Of a DNA stretch of 64,000 bases, positions 1 to 12,945 are shown in pieces. The notes beneath the pieces are model-generated. The model made no database searches and had not been told where the DNA came from. It saw only the letters and a program-made list of their open reading frames with translations. Where the stretch lies: the NCBI GenBank assembly GCA_951406725.2, contig OX597821.1:82398001-82462000 (forward strand), given 5' to 3'. Numbering within the stretch: the first letter of the stretch is position 1; the number at the start of each line of letters is the position of its first letter. The position numbers and the translations under genes are program-made. The DNA is from Octopus vulgaris (lineage: Eukaryota).

Positions 1-737
1 TAGAAGTCCTTATGTAAGTACGTGTGTGCGTGTGTGCGCACACATGTGTGTGAGTGTGTGTGTGGTGTATTTTTATGTTGTGAAGGTGCATGGCTTAGTG
101 GTTATGGTATTCAACTCACAGTTGTAAGGTCGTGAGTTCAATGGCTGCATGTTGTATCCTTAAGACACTTCATTTATATAGTTCAGAAGACCTACCTTGT
201 TTCATTCTATGTCAAACTGAATTCAAGAGAACTATATTAAGGGTATACATGTTTGTAGAGTATTCAGCCACTTGCATGTTAAGTTCACGAGCTGGCTGTT
301 TCATTGATCAGATATATATATAAGACAGGCTTCTTTCAGTTTCACAAGGCTTTAGTCAGCCCGGGGGTATAGCAGAAGACACTTTCTCAAGGTGACACAC
401 AGTGGAACTGAACCCAGAATTATGTGGTTAGGGAAGCAAGCTTTTTACCACACAGCCACACTTGCATCTAAGTTCACAAGGGTTGACATTCTTCAGAGTT
501 GCTTGCCACCATCTGAGTATAATGGTAATATGATGCTTCCATTCTTTGTTGACATTACAACCAGTTGTTTTCTTTGGCCACTGGAATAAAATAGGTAAAA
601 GTTGGCAACAAGAAGGACCTCCAGGTTATAAAATAATGCTGCCCCAAATAAATCTCCACCCATTTCATGCTAGCATGGAAAAATGGGTGTCAAACAAACG
701 AATAAAGATTCTGTCTGATGCTTGAACAGTTCCGCCA

Positions 738-772
<35 letters not shown>

Positions 773-1463
773 GCATGCATACAGGCACACCCATACACAC
801 AGACATACACACACATGAATGCGCGTGCGCACACACGCACACATAGACACAGGTGGGTGGACACACAGACAGACAGACAGACAAAGAGGTAGATAAATAC
901 TGAGAGAAAGAGAATGCAAAAGAGAACAACACAAAAAAAAATGGGAAGAAGCAAGTGAGACCATTATATAATGGTATCATAATTATATTATGATAGAAAT
1001 TAATTAATTATCAATGTGATAAAAATCCATGAATGAGTGATTAACTCTATTGACTGGACAAACTTGTTACATAAACATACAAAGCAAATTATAAATGAAT
1101 TACAAATATATACGCAGGCTACAGTCCAATGATTGAAACAAGTGAACAGAATAAAAGAGTAAGTGCAAGAATAGAGCAAAATTAGTTGAAAGATGCGAAA
1201 TGTATCCAACAGAAACTATACTCCACATTTTGGATCAGTGCCAAGTAAGTCAAAAACTCATGCTTCTGTAGAAGTGGTTCAGCCTCTCGTTATCAAAACC
1301 TAAAGGGCAATGAATGGCAGAACCAGTATAATGATGAACAAAGTATCTTTGTAGTATTTATCCACATCCTTGGAGTCACACAACTGGCACCCATGCTGGT
1401 GGCATGTAAAAGAACCCCATTCACTCTGCATTACTTCTGGATATCCTTGTTGATTATTTTGAT

Positions 1464-1515
<52 letters not shown>

Positions 1516-1520
1516 ATGGC

Positions 1521-1594
1521 TACCTCTGATGAATGCAAGGTTACATAATCATATTGTTACCTAACACATCTCCTAGTGTGAAATCGATTGGCAA
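1521..1594 (+). ncRNA. Partly degenerate type I hammerhead ribozyme motif
   Basis: CTGATGA (1526-1532), helix II ATGCAAGG/CCTAGTGT, GAAA (1580-1583), palindromic helix III ATCGAT; helix I weak; lies just after a (TA)n tract. Confidence 0.45.
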
Positions 1595-1675
1595 TTTCGG
1601 CCATGATGGATATATAAATATTGTACACTTTGATTAATATGTGTATATATGTATGTATGCATATGTATGTATGTA

Positions 1676-1736
<61 letters not shown>

Positions 1737-2406
1737 GTGTGTATATATATATATTATATAAATATATATATAGAAATGCACACACACAGATCTATGTGTG
1801 TGTGTGGTGCGTGTGGTGTACATGTGTACATCTTTTGTCAGTCAATACAAAAGAAAGATATAAACATCAACAATAAAAAAAATCCCCCAAAAAACAAAAA
1901 CCAATGTTTCTAAATAAAAATACCCTGTGTAGTATTTGTTTCACAAGAATTACACAAACAATGGCAATGCAGTGAACCACTGATCAACTCAATGTAAAAC
2001 CTGTAACCACTGATGTTATTGTTGATGAAATGAGATATAAAATAAGATAAAAACAACAAACAAATAATCAATAGATTGTTTGTTACTAAACAGCAGGCTG
2101 TCCATAATGAAGCAGTTTTATTATCTAAGTTGTTCCAACCATGGCCATCCAATTTTTCCCTCCTGTTTACTCCTTTCTGTCATCGAACTATGGCCAGGCT
2201 GGAGCACCACATTGAAGGGTTTAGTTAAACAAATCAAACCCAGTACTTCTGGTACTTATTTTATCGGTTGATGTTTTTTACTGAAACACTAAGTTATGAG
2301 AACATACGTGAGCCAACACCGGTTGCCAAACTGAAGGAAGGTGCTAACACAAACACAAAGACACACACATATACAAATATGTGCATAAGTAGAGTCAAGT
2401 AGTTTG

Positions 2407-2875
2407 CTTAAGGGTATAATCTATTGATCACCGGAGCTTCTATAAGGGAAACCTCTATGCAATCACTGCAACTACTATAAATCGTAGCAAAATCCATCCT
2501 CTGTAAATCACACCCCTTACTGTCTTAAGAAGTGGAAGGACACATTACACACACACACATACACACTCACACAAGATGGGCTTTCCTCACAGTTTCTGTG
2601 TACCAAATCCACACACAAGACATTGGATAAGCACAGGGCTATAGTTGTAGATACCTTGCCCAAGGTACTGCACAATGAGATTGAACCCAAAACCATATGG
2701 TTTCAAAGTGAGTCTCTTAACTACACAGCCATGCCCTGTACACTTTTCTTTTAAGACGTATATCTAATGTGTCCTTACATTTTCTAAGACGGTGATTTGC
2801 TGCTTCTTGTAGCAATGACTGTACAGAAGTTTCCCTTCTTGAAGTTCCAGTGATCAATAGATTATGCCCTTAAGC
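2407..2875. mobile_element. Inverted-repeat (MITE-like) element with a SINE head inserted between its arms
   Basis: gcttaagggtataatctattgatcac...aaggacacatta (2407-2548) is the diverged reverse complement of taatgtgtcctt...gtgatcaatagattatgcccttaagc (2765-2875); SINE head at about 2575-2716 (-). Confidence 0.7.
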
Positions 2876-3558
2876 CTAACATTTAATTCTACTTTCCACT
2901 ATGTGCTTCACAGACAAAACAGGCTCTACACTATATTTGAATGGTTAGTTGTAGGAAGCAAGTTTCCCAGTGTTAAAATGTTCCAAACTATATTACCCTT
3001 TCTAAAAGAGTAATGAAAAAAAAATGGTATGGTCTTAAATGATTGAAAACAATGTTATAATTCAATTGTAAATAAATTTCCAATTGAATGTAACTATTTT
3101 GGGGAAATTTTCTTATTACGTTATCTTTTTAATGGGTCATATACATTGTCATGCAGAATAATGATTTTTCTTTATAGGATTAAGACTACCATGGGGGTTA
3201 AGATTATGGAAACCAAATAAGCAATAGCAAATGAAAATGTTTAGGAGCCAGTGGTCTGTAACATTGAAAACCAGGATACCAAAATCATTGTTGTTTTTTT
3301 TGTTTGGTTTCATTTTTTTTATAGATCTAAATAATGCATTTCTATGCATTCATGATATTCTGGATCCATATATCTCTTTTATAGATCCATCTTTTATATC
3401 ACTTATATGAAGAAGAATCTGAGTTAGGCTGTGGATGTGTAAGGAAAGGGGCTGAAAGGTGGGTGCTTTATGAGAAAGTGCAGGTTAAGCCTGTAGTTAT
3501 ATTTGTTTGCTTTTTTTCTTTAATTTTTTTCTCTTCTTTCTTTCCATGGATTTTTCAG

Positions 3559-3586
3559 GAAGAAAGCTCTTGAACTTTACATGTTG
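3559..3586 (+). CDS. Candidate 28-nt coding micro-exon (KKALELYML)
   Basis: Long polypyrimidine tract ending ttttcag, open frame, donor TTG|GTAATG; protein not recognised. Confidence 0.3.
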
Positions 3587-4173
3587 GTAATGCTGATACT
3601 GTAGAAAAGTTGCAAGTCAACACCTATAGGAAAAGCATAAACCAGTGGTTGCTTGACTTGCCAGAAATAGCAGCCAAATCATCTTTAAATCACAGCTTAC
3701 TCTCTTTAAAAAAAGATAATAGACACATAAGAGGCCTTGAATAATGGTAAAACTGTCAGTTTTATCACGATTCCAGAATGGGTTTCAAGCAGTATGTGCT
3801 TGTTAATTGTTATTCTTTATAAATCATCATTGCTGTTGTCATCATCATCACCACCACTGTCAGTACCACTACCGCCACCATCATCTCTGTCATTATCATT
3901 ATCATTGTCGTCATTTGAATATCCACTTTTGCATGCTTGCATGAATCAGAAGAAATATGTTGCAGTAGATTTTCTGTGGCTTGATGATCTTCCAGTCACC
4001 AACCTTCACCTGTTCCCAAACTTGGTAATATTTCCCCACTGAGTGCTTCCAAACATGAAAGCATGAATTGCACAATGGCTGGACATATTTTCATGGAAAA
4101 TTGTAAACAAACACAGCCACTTGTATGATGGTGACATTTTGTTTACAATTAGCATATGATGTCAAGACAAAAA

Positions 4174-4228
<55 letters not shown>

Positions 4229-4784
4229 GGTCTCTGCTTTGAAACTGGGGCTTTTTAATTTTTATTAGGAAAGTTTCCATAAACTCTTAAACTGTGTGCT
4301 AATATCAGAGAAAAAAAATCTAACCAAGGATGCTCAACAGTTAGAAAAATTTATTACTTGGAACTGTTGAAGAATGGAATAAACTACACACATTTGTTCA
4401 CTATCAGAACAGGACACAGCTTCCTTAAAAAAAATTCCATACGTTTTGAAATCCTCCAAAACAACTCCTCATGTGCCAATGCACCCTTATTCTTTATGGC
4501 TTTTAATGTTCACTTTCCCTTAATTTTGTGTTTCATTTTGTGTACTTGAATCAGTTATGCTGTGCCCCACCATTAGTCAATCAAGTCAACTCCAGGACTT
4601 GTTTTTTTGTAAGATCCATGTAGCATAACAGTTTGGCAAAGGAAACTGATAGAATAAGTACTGGGCTCAAAGAATGAGTCCTGGCGTTGATTTGATTGAG
4701 TACAACCTTTTAAAATAATGCTCCAGCATGGGTGCAGTCAAAACGACTGAAACAGGAATAAGAATGTGTGTGTGTGTGTATATA

Positions 4785-5203
4785 TACTCTTTTACTTGTT
4801 TCAGTCATTTGACTGCGGCCATGCTGGAGCACCGCCTTTAATCGAGTAACTTGACCCCGGGACTTATTCTTTTGTAAGCCCAGTACTTATTCTATCAGTC
4901 TCTTTTGCCAAACCGCTAAGTAACGGGGATGTAAACACACCAGCATCGGTTGTCAAGCAATGCTAGGGGGACAAACAAAGACATACAAACATACACGCAC
5001 ACACACATATACATATATATATATATATACACATATATATGACAGGCTTCTTTCAGTTTCCGTCTACCAAATCCACTCACAAGGCATTGGTTGGCCCGGG
5101 GCTATAGCAGAAGACACTTGCCCAAGGTGCCACGCAGTGGGACTGAACCCGGAACCATGTGGTTGGTTAGCAAGCTACTTACCACACAGCCACACCTGCG
5201 CCT
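4785..5203 (-). mobile_element. Full-length tRNA-derived CORE-type SINE (family A, OR2-like)
   Basis: Pol III box-like head (TGGCTGTGTGG...GGTTCAGTCCC), CORE-like ACCTTGGGCAAGTGTCTT, internal TA/CA microsatellite, GTAAAAGA tail; many copies in window. Confidence 0.85.
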
Positions 5204-5230
5204 ATATATATATATATGTATATATATATA

Positions 5231-5838
5231 GACCCAGGAAAACCTGGGACGAGGTGGTGAAGCACGACCTTCGAACTTTAGGTCTCACCAAGGAAATGAC
5301 TAGAGACCGAGACCTATGGAAGTATGCTGTGCGTGAGAAGACCCGGCAAGACTAGTGAGGACATAACCTGTGGCCCCTACCTGGGACGTAGTCAGTCCAC
5401 CTGTGCATACCTTCCTTCTTGTGACACTTGTGAAGACCTGTTGAGGCAAGTGAAAATCAAACCAAAATCAAACCAAATCAAAATAGATGAACATCAATGG
5501 AATTTGTATCTTTGTGGTACCAGTGCCGGTGGCACATAAGAAAACCATCTGAACGTGGCCGTAGCCAGTACCGCATCGACTGGCCTCTGTGCTGTGGGCA
5601 CGTAACAAACACCATCCGATCGTGGACGTTCGCCAGCCTCGTCTGGCACCTGTGTCGGTGGCACATAAAATCACCCACTACACTCTCGGAGTGGTTGGCA
5701 TTAGGAAGGGCATCCAGCTGTAGAAACACTGCCAGATCTGACTGGCCTGGTGCAGCCTTCGGGCTCCCCAGATCCCAGTTGAACCGTCCAACCCATGCTA
5801 GCATGGAAAGCGGACGTTAAACGATGATGATGATGATG

Positions 5839-5840
<2 letters not shown>
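5231..5840 (+). mobile_element. RTE-clade LINE 3' end (ORF C-terminus + 3' UTR + (GAT)n tail)
   Basis: RPRKTWDEVVKHDLRTLGLTKEMTRDRDLWKYAV is a typical RTE C-terminus; UTR has GGTTGGCATTAGGAAGGGCATCCAGC and a GAT tail; 5'-truncated at (TA)n. Confidence 0.85.
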
Positions 5841-5888
<48 letters not shown>

Positions 5889-6393
5889 TCGGTCATTTGA
5901 TCGCGACTATGCTGTGCCCCACCATTAGTCGAATAAATCGACTCCAGGACTTGTCTTTTGTAAGCCTAGTACTTGTTCTAATGGTTCCTTTTGCTGAACT
6001 GCTACGTTGCAGGGGATGTAAACACACCAACATTGGTTGTCAAATGGGAGGACAAACACAAATACAAACATGCATATAAAAAGGACTTTTTTCAGTTTCC
6101 ATCTACCTAATCCACTCACAAGGAGACCTATTGAGTCAAGTACATCAACATCAAAATGGAAATTGTACCTGTGCTGGTGGCACGTAAAAAGTACCAACCG
6201 ATTGTGGCCATTGTTGTCTTTATTTGACTTACCTGTCTGCTCTCAGTCCCCTCTTTTAACCTTTTCCAACAAGTTGTAGTGCACCTGAGCACTGTATACA
6301 ATGACCTCATTATTTACATACACACATGCATACATACATACATATATGTATGTATGTGTGTGTATGAATGTATGTATATATATGTGTGTGTGT

Positions 6394-6442
<49 letters not shown>

Positions 6443-6526
6443 TAAAACGGTAAGATAACAAGTGGATTCCCACTTCGGCATCTGAAACTCAGAGTTTTAT
6501 CTTGACTATCGAGTAGTGTAACATAT

Positions 6527-6563
<37 letters not shown>

Positions 6564-7276
6564 TACATATATGTGTGTATGTACATGCATATATATAAAT
6601 GTGTGTGTGTGCTTATGCTGTATATAAATTCACTGCCTAACAAATCAATGCTGTTGATTTCAAATCCGTCAAGCTTAAAATAAGCTAACTTAGCTAGAAG
6701 GTCTCTGAGATACTGAACAGTAAGAATAGTGTACCCTGTTGCATTCACATCAGGTGCTATTCCATATCAGGTCATGTTTGACAGCCAGAACATCCAAATA
6801 TGAAGAGTCTGCAACACAAATGACCCAACTCCTACAAGTAAAAGGGCTACACTAGGACTCTCTCTCTCTCTCTCCCCCCTTTCTCATATTTATATAACTA
6901 CAGAACCTGTCCACAACCAAATCATGTTATAAAAGGAACTTTCCGTGACCTTTCCAGCAATTCCTTATTGGATATTCATTTCTGATTCAAACTTTTAGCA
7001 ATAAGCATATGATGAATCGAAAACAATGATCACAGTTCTCATCCATTTAATTTTCCATTTGTTTCTTATCACTGCACTGGTGGCCCTTCATATATACATA
7101 CGTACAGGTGCAAGAGCAGCATTGGGTAAGAAGCTTGCTTCCCAACCACAAGGTTCTAGTTTCAGTCCCACTGCATAGCACCTTGGGCAAGTGTCTTCTA
7201 TTATAGCCTTGGGCTGACCAAAGCCTTGTGAGTGGATTTGGTAGACAGAAACTGAAAGAAGCCTGTCATATATATG

Positions 7277-7317
<41 letters not shown>

Positions 7318-7320
<3 letters not shown>

Positions 7321-7890
7321 CTTTCGTATGCAGCAGATACATGGGCAACAGGGGCAATAAACACCACAGATACTCAGAAAATAGATTCAGTCACATGCCA
7401 TAGGGAGAAACTAGAAGTATTTGATAGCTTCCGCTATCTAGGTGACCAAGTCTGTAGTGGGGGTGGATGCTCAGAGAGTGTTACCACTAGAATAAGAATA
7501 GCCTGGGCAAAGTTCAGAAAGCTTCTACTTATACTGGTGACAAAGGGCCTCTCACTCAGAGTGAACTGCCATGTGTGCGAACTGCCATGCTTCACAGCAG
7601 TGAATCATGGGCTGTGACCTCTGAAGATATGTGTAGGTTCGAAAGAAATGAAGCTAGCATGATCTGCTGGATGTGTAATGTCAGTGTGCACACACAACAG
7701 AGTGTAAGCACTCTGAGAGAAATGTTGGATGTAAGAAGCATCAGATGTGGCATGCAAGAGAGACGTTTGCATTGGTATGGTCATGTACTGTGGATGGATG
7801 AGGAGAGCTGTGTGAAGAAGTGCCACTTCCAAACAGTTGAAGGAATCTGGGGAAGACATGGGATGAGGTGGTAAAGCATGACCCTCAAAC
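7318..7890 (+). pseudogene. RTE LINE reverse-transcriptase C-terminal fragment nested in a family A SINE
   Basis: LEVFDSFRYLGDQV...RIRIAWAKFRKLL and RRLHWYGHVLWMDE motifs with frameshifts; SINE head 7105-7268 and tail 7890-7982 flank it. Confidence 0.85.
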
Positions 7891-8239
7891 AAGCTTACAA
7901 AGAATGTTGTGGGATTGACTTGTTCAACTAAAGGTGGTGCTCCATCATGGCCACAATGAAATGACTAAAACAAGTAAAAGAATATATATACACACAAATA
8001 TATAAATATAAACGATGGAGAAAAATGATGTTAAATAAAAATTCATCATTTTAAAGTGTTAAATAAAGTTCATCATCATATTTCTCTATCATTTATATCT
8101 TTGTATTCTCCTTATTCTTTTCTCATGTATATTACCATATGTTCTATATGGTTTATGCTATGAAAAATTAAAGAGCTTTTCATGAATACTAACGGATTAT
8201 TTGATTCCATATATCATGGCATATATATATATATATAAT

Positions 8240-8752
8240 TAATACGCACAAGTCAAATTTTTCAACACCACTACATCACATATGAAAAAGGACATCGCTT
8301 AAATGGCAGCCATTTTCAGCTTTGCACACCTGTGCTCTTTCCAAAACTTGCACCATAACACCCTCAAGGGTTTCAGATCTGACTTCTTTGATTTCTTTAT
8401 TGATGTTCTCCTTCATTTGCACCAGGGTCTCTGATTTGTTGATGTAACCCCTCTCTTTCAAGCATCCTCGCAAGAAAAAAATCCAGGCTAGTCAAGTCTG
8501 GGGAACGTGAAAGCCATTTAAAGTAGACCCCACATGATTCCAGCAAGATGGGGCAACTGCTTCTACCACAAGAGAAACAATGCAGTTGCTTCAGCAGTGC
8601 TTTGGAGAGAGAATTATCTCCTGCTGCGGCAATGTCAACTGACCTTCACATTCCCCAGACTTGACTAGACCAGATTTTTTCTTGTGGGGATGTCTGAAAG
8701 AGAGGGTTTATGTCAACAAACCAGAGACCCTGGTGCACCTGAAGGAGAACAA
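8240..8752. pseudogene. Two oppositely oriented Tc1/mariner-superfamily (DD37D/DD41D-like) transposase fragments
   Basis: Minus: SPDLTSLDFFLRGCLKER...NGCHLSDVLFH; plus: FQQDGATA...SPDLTRPDFFLWGCLKERVYVNKPETL. Confidence 0.8.
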
Positions 8753-8754
8753 TA

Positions 8755-9040
8755 GGTGGAGTGAGTGGGTGGTGTGGGTGGGGTGAGTGGGTGGGATGAG
8801 TGGATGGGATGAGTGGGTGGGATGAGTGGGTGAGTGGATGGGATGAGTGGGTGGGATGAGTGGGTGAGTGGGTGGGTGAGTGGGTGGGGTGAGTGGGTGG
8901 GATGAGCGGGTGGGATGAGCGGGTGAGTGGGTGGGATGAGTGGGTGGGTGGAATGAGTGGGTGGGTGAGTGGGGTGAGTGGGTGGGTGAGTGGGGTGAGT
9001 GGGGTAGGTGATCGAGCTGGGGTGAGTGGGAGTTGGGAGG
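8755..9040 (+). repeat. G-rich minisatellite (GGGTGAGT / GGGTGGGATGAGT units)
   Basis: About 290 bp of tandem GGG-containing units. Confidence 0.9.
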
Positions 9041-10109
9041 TGTTGGTGCATGTCTGTATACTAATATAACTCAATGTGTCAAAAGAAAACCCCATGTTTT
9101 TCATCAGCGTTGAGTTGCTGCCCCAAAGGTAAAGTGAGAACCTGGGTCTTTTAATAAATATCAATAAAGCCAAAGTCCTGGGACTGATATCATCTACTAA
9201 GGATTCTTGGTACTCCAAGACGGTACTCCAGCATGGTCACAATTCATTGGTTGAAACCAATAAATGAATAAAAGACTAACAAAACATAATACAAAACAAG
9301 AAAACAGCAGAGCAAAAATAAGTTTAAGCAATAAAAAATGTTGGTGTTATCTGTGACATGTTAGACAGCTCCCGGAGAACAATGTCTTTGTGTGTATGTA
9401 TCTCAGAGATGTTGTTGTGGGTGGATGTTTGATGAGATTAAGTTTTTGATTCATAAAACATTCTAATTAACTTCATTGAATAGAGAGTAATGTGTTGCTA
9501 ATAATAATCAATAGCTATATTGCCATTATTGGCATCGCTTGTTATCCCATCAATAAACATCGACAGACTGATGGAGAAAGTTGATGATCAATAATAGAAA
9601 AGGGAAAAAAAGATAATAAAAACAACAGCAACATCAACAACAACAACAACAACAACGATGATGATGAGAATGATGATGACGATGAAACTTTCTGACATAG
9701 GCTTGAAAACCAAAAATTTCAGTGGGAGGGAATTATTGATTAAATTGACACTCAATATTTGACTGCTATTTATTTTATCAATCCCTGAAGATGAAAAACT
9801 AAGTTGACCCTGGATGGATTGGAATTCAGGATGTAGAAAATTATCACTAAATACCACAAGGAATTTTATCTAACAATCCAATGATTCAGCTATCATCTGC
9901 CCTTAACAGAAATGATAATTTCTAGCATAGACATAAGGACTCAAATTTAGAAGAAATGTATAGTTGGTTACACTGGACCCAGCACTTGACTGGTACTTAA
10001 CTGTATTGACTTCTGCGAGGATAAAAGGTAAACCTAACCCTGGCAGGATTTGAACTCAGAACCCACAACCCATCCCCCAACAACCCTACCACTCACTACA
10101 GACCCTGTG

Positions 10110-10340
10110 GAGGCACAAATTGTGGCTTCAGTTCCTGGACCGGACAATGTGTTGTGCTCTTGAGCAAAACACTTCGTTTCACATTGCTCCAGTCCACTCA
10201 GCTGGCAAAAGAGAGTAATCCTGTAACAGACTGGCATCCCATCCAGGTGGGAACATATACACCACAAAACCTGGAAACCAGTTCTAATGAGTCATGTGAC
10301 TCAAGAACATAACTCTACCTTTTACCTTTTACCTTTTACC
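10110..10340 (+). mobile_element. Meta-domain-like tRNA SINE (family D), diverged
   Basis: GTGTTGTGCTCTTGAGCAAAACACTT...TTGCTCCAGTCCACTCAGCTG motif and (CCTTTTA)n tail. Confidence 0.65.
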
Positions 10341-10559
10341 GTTACAGACCCCTCCAGCTTCTCTCACCATCACTTGCTATCTCTAAATATCTCCCCTCAC
10401 ACTCTTATAGAACATCTCCTCTATCCATTCTCTTCTACTACTCCTCCTCTTCCACACACAGTTCCCTGTGGGTAGGCTCTTTCTCTCTCTCATTTTGTCT
10501 GTCGCTATCTTTCTCTCCCTCTCTTTCCCACCTTCCTGTCCTTCTTTGTCTCTAGAGTA

Positions 10560-10940
10560 TGATAGCTATCTCTGTCCCTCTATCATACTATAGCCTCCCA
10601 CCTGAGAAGTCTTCATTTTGCAAGTTGCTTGGTAACCCTGGAGGTGCTGATGCCATATAAAAAGCACCTGTGCCAATGCCACATACAAAGCACCCATGCT
10701 GGCACCATGTGAAAAGCACCCATGCTGGTACCACATAAAAAGAACCCAGTGCACTCTATAAAGTGGTTGGCATTAGGCAGGGCATCCAGCCATAGACACT
10801 TTGCCAAAACAGACAATTTGAGCCTGGTGCAGCCCTCAGGCTTGGCAGCTCCTACCAAACCACCTAGCCCATGCCAGCATGGAAAATGGACGTTAAATGG
10901 GGATGAGGATGAGGATGATGCTGATGATGATGATGATGAT
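10560..10940 (+). mobile_element. Diverged RTE 3'-UTR-derived repeat with (GAT)n tail
   Basis: GGTTGGCATTAGGCAGGGCATCCAGC, CATGCCAGCATGGAAAATGGACGTTAAA, GAT tail. Confidence 0.75.
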
Positions 10941-11236
10941 GTAAAGGAACTTGACTAAATCCTACAAGTCAATTTGTCTGATGCTCTACCAAGTCTTCCA
11001 TTCCACCCAACAACAACAGTTATTTCAAATATAGGTACAAAGCCCAAAATTTTGGGATAGGGAATAGTTGATTATACGAAACCCAGAACTTAACTGGTAC
11101 TTTATTTTATCAACCCTGGAGGATTGAAAGATAGTCACCTTCATTAAGATTTTAGCTGAGAATGTAAAGGGCTACAACTAAATGTCACAAGGTATATTGT
11201 TTCACTCTCTAATGAATTTGTCAATAACAATAATAA

Positions 11237-11446
11237 TCCTTTTTACTATAGGCACAAGGCCTGACATTTTGGATGAGGGAGCAAGTTAATTACATTGGCC
11301 ACAGTACTTAACTGGTACTTATTTATCAACCCTGTAAAGATGAAAAGCAAAGTCAACTTTGGCAGAAATTGAACTCAAAACATAAAAACGGAAAATATAC
11401 CACTGAGAATTTTGCCTGCTAACAATTCTGCCAGCTCGCTGCCTTA
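11237..11446 (-). mobile_element. Nin/Deu-domain-like SINE (family C)
   Basis: Reverse complement of AAGGCAGCGAGCTGGCAGAA...GTTGACTTTGCTTTTCATC...AAGTACCAG...CTTGTGCCTATAGTA, ATT tail. Confidence 0.7.
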
Positions 11447-12380
11447 ATAACAACAACAACAATAGTTCTATTCAACATAGGTAGAAGGCCAAACATTTTG
11501 TGGCAAGAGAATAATTGGACTATATTGGACCCTGTTTTACTGCACTGCTTACAGTTTCACATTCTGTATGACCTTTCAGTTACAGTTCATGAAGGGAGAC
11601 GCACTGCAAGTCACCAGTAAAGTCACTCTTTCAAATAAAACCAGCTCTTATTATTCAAAGGAGGCCCCATGGTCAAAAATGCTACTGGCTCTAAGTCTGG
11701 ACCACCAAATTATGAGGGAAACTATGCAGTAAAAGTGTATTTTCATTGACAAAGGAGGCTACTCAGCATGGCTTGTAGCCAGCAATTACTTGAATTTGTA
11801 TTCCCCTGCTCAAAATGTACAACTGGCTGAAAAATCTCAAAGGAGAATGGTCCATTTGTGGTGATAGATAACACCATAAACTTTTTATTCAGGAATATTG
11901 CAGGCTGTTTCAGTATCTGGAACTTTTCAGACAGGCAAAGAATTCTGTCACATGAACCATTAAAATATGGAGTTATTCTGTCAATAACCTTAATTATAAT
12001 GTGTTGGTATCCTTTCTTGGTCCTGTTCTTCCAGATAAATTTAAACTGAGATAAAGAACATTGTAATCTCAAAGTTACATGGCTAATCTCAAAGCTACAT
12101 GGCTAATTTTTGTCAATGTGAATAAATAAGCATTATATTTCACAGAGATATCAGAACACTAAAGGGTTATTCCAACATTAGGTAGCTTTATATTTCTAGG
12201 GTCAAGCTGTAAAGTATTTACTTAACTGTTAAATGTTATTTGAGCACAACAAAATAAGATTGCTTAGGTACAACAGCAGTATGCTTGTCATGTTTACAGA
12301 AGATGTGGGTCCAAGTTTTACAGGTAACATTCAACTTTTTCTACCCAAGGGGTTTCTTAACCCAATATTTACATGCTATA

Positions 12381-12596
12381 AAGGTAGCAAGCTGGCAGAA
12401 ACATAAGCACACTGGATGAAATGCTTAGTGGTATTTTGCGTCTTTACATTCTGAGTTCAAATTCCGATAAGGTCGACTTTGCCTTTCATCCTTTCGGGCT
12501 CGATATATTAAGTACCAGTTGCATATTGGGGTCAATCTAATTCACTGGCCTCCTTCCCCAAAATTTTTGGCCTTGTGCCTAGAGCAGAAAAGAATA
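12381..12596 (+). mobile_element. Nin/Deu-domain-like SINE (family C)
   Basis: GAGTTCAAATTCC B-box, GTCGACTTTGCCTTTCATCCTTTCGGG...AAGTACCAG central domain. Confidence 0.75.
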
Positions 12597-12711
12597 TTTG
12601 CATGCTATTATTCACAGGTATATCTACTTCAAGTTCTATTAAAATTAACTTAGTTCATGTCTCTAAAAGTTTCTAAATTCTTATGACATAATACATACAT
12701 ACATATATATG

Positions 12712-12757
<46 letters not shown>

Positions 12758-12907
12758 CATATCATCATCATCATCATCATCATTTAGCGTCCGTTCTCCA
12801 TGCTAGCATGGGTTGGACGGTTCAACTGGGGTCTGTGAAGCTGGAAGGCTTCATCAGGCCCAGTCAAATCTGGCAGTGTTTCTACGGCTGGATGCCCTTC
12901 CTAACGC

Positions 12908-12945
<38 letters not shown>

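Noticed and set aside
1213-1244. Possible exon ending at GTAAGT
   Set aside because: Acceptor lacks a polypyrimidine tract; no other support
7620-7650. CTGAAGA...GAAA HHR-like string
   Set aside because: Inside RTE coding remnant; no helix II, helix III or helix I pairing
8646-9218. 190-aa Pro/His/Thr-rich ORF
   Set aside because: Antisense reading of the G-rich minisatellite
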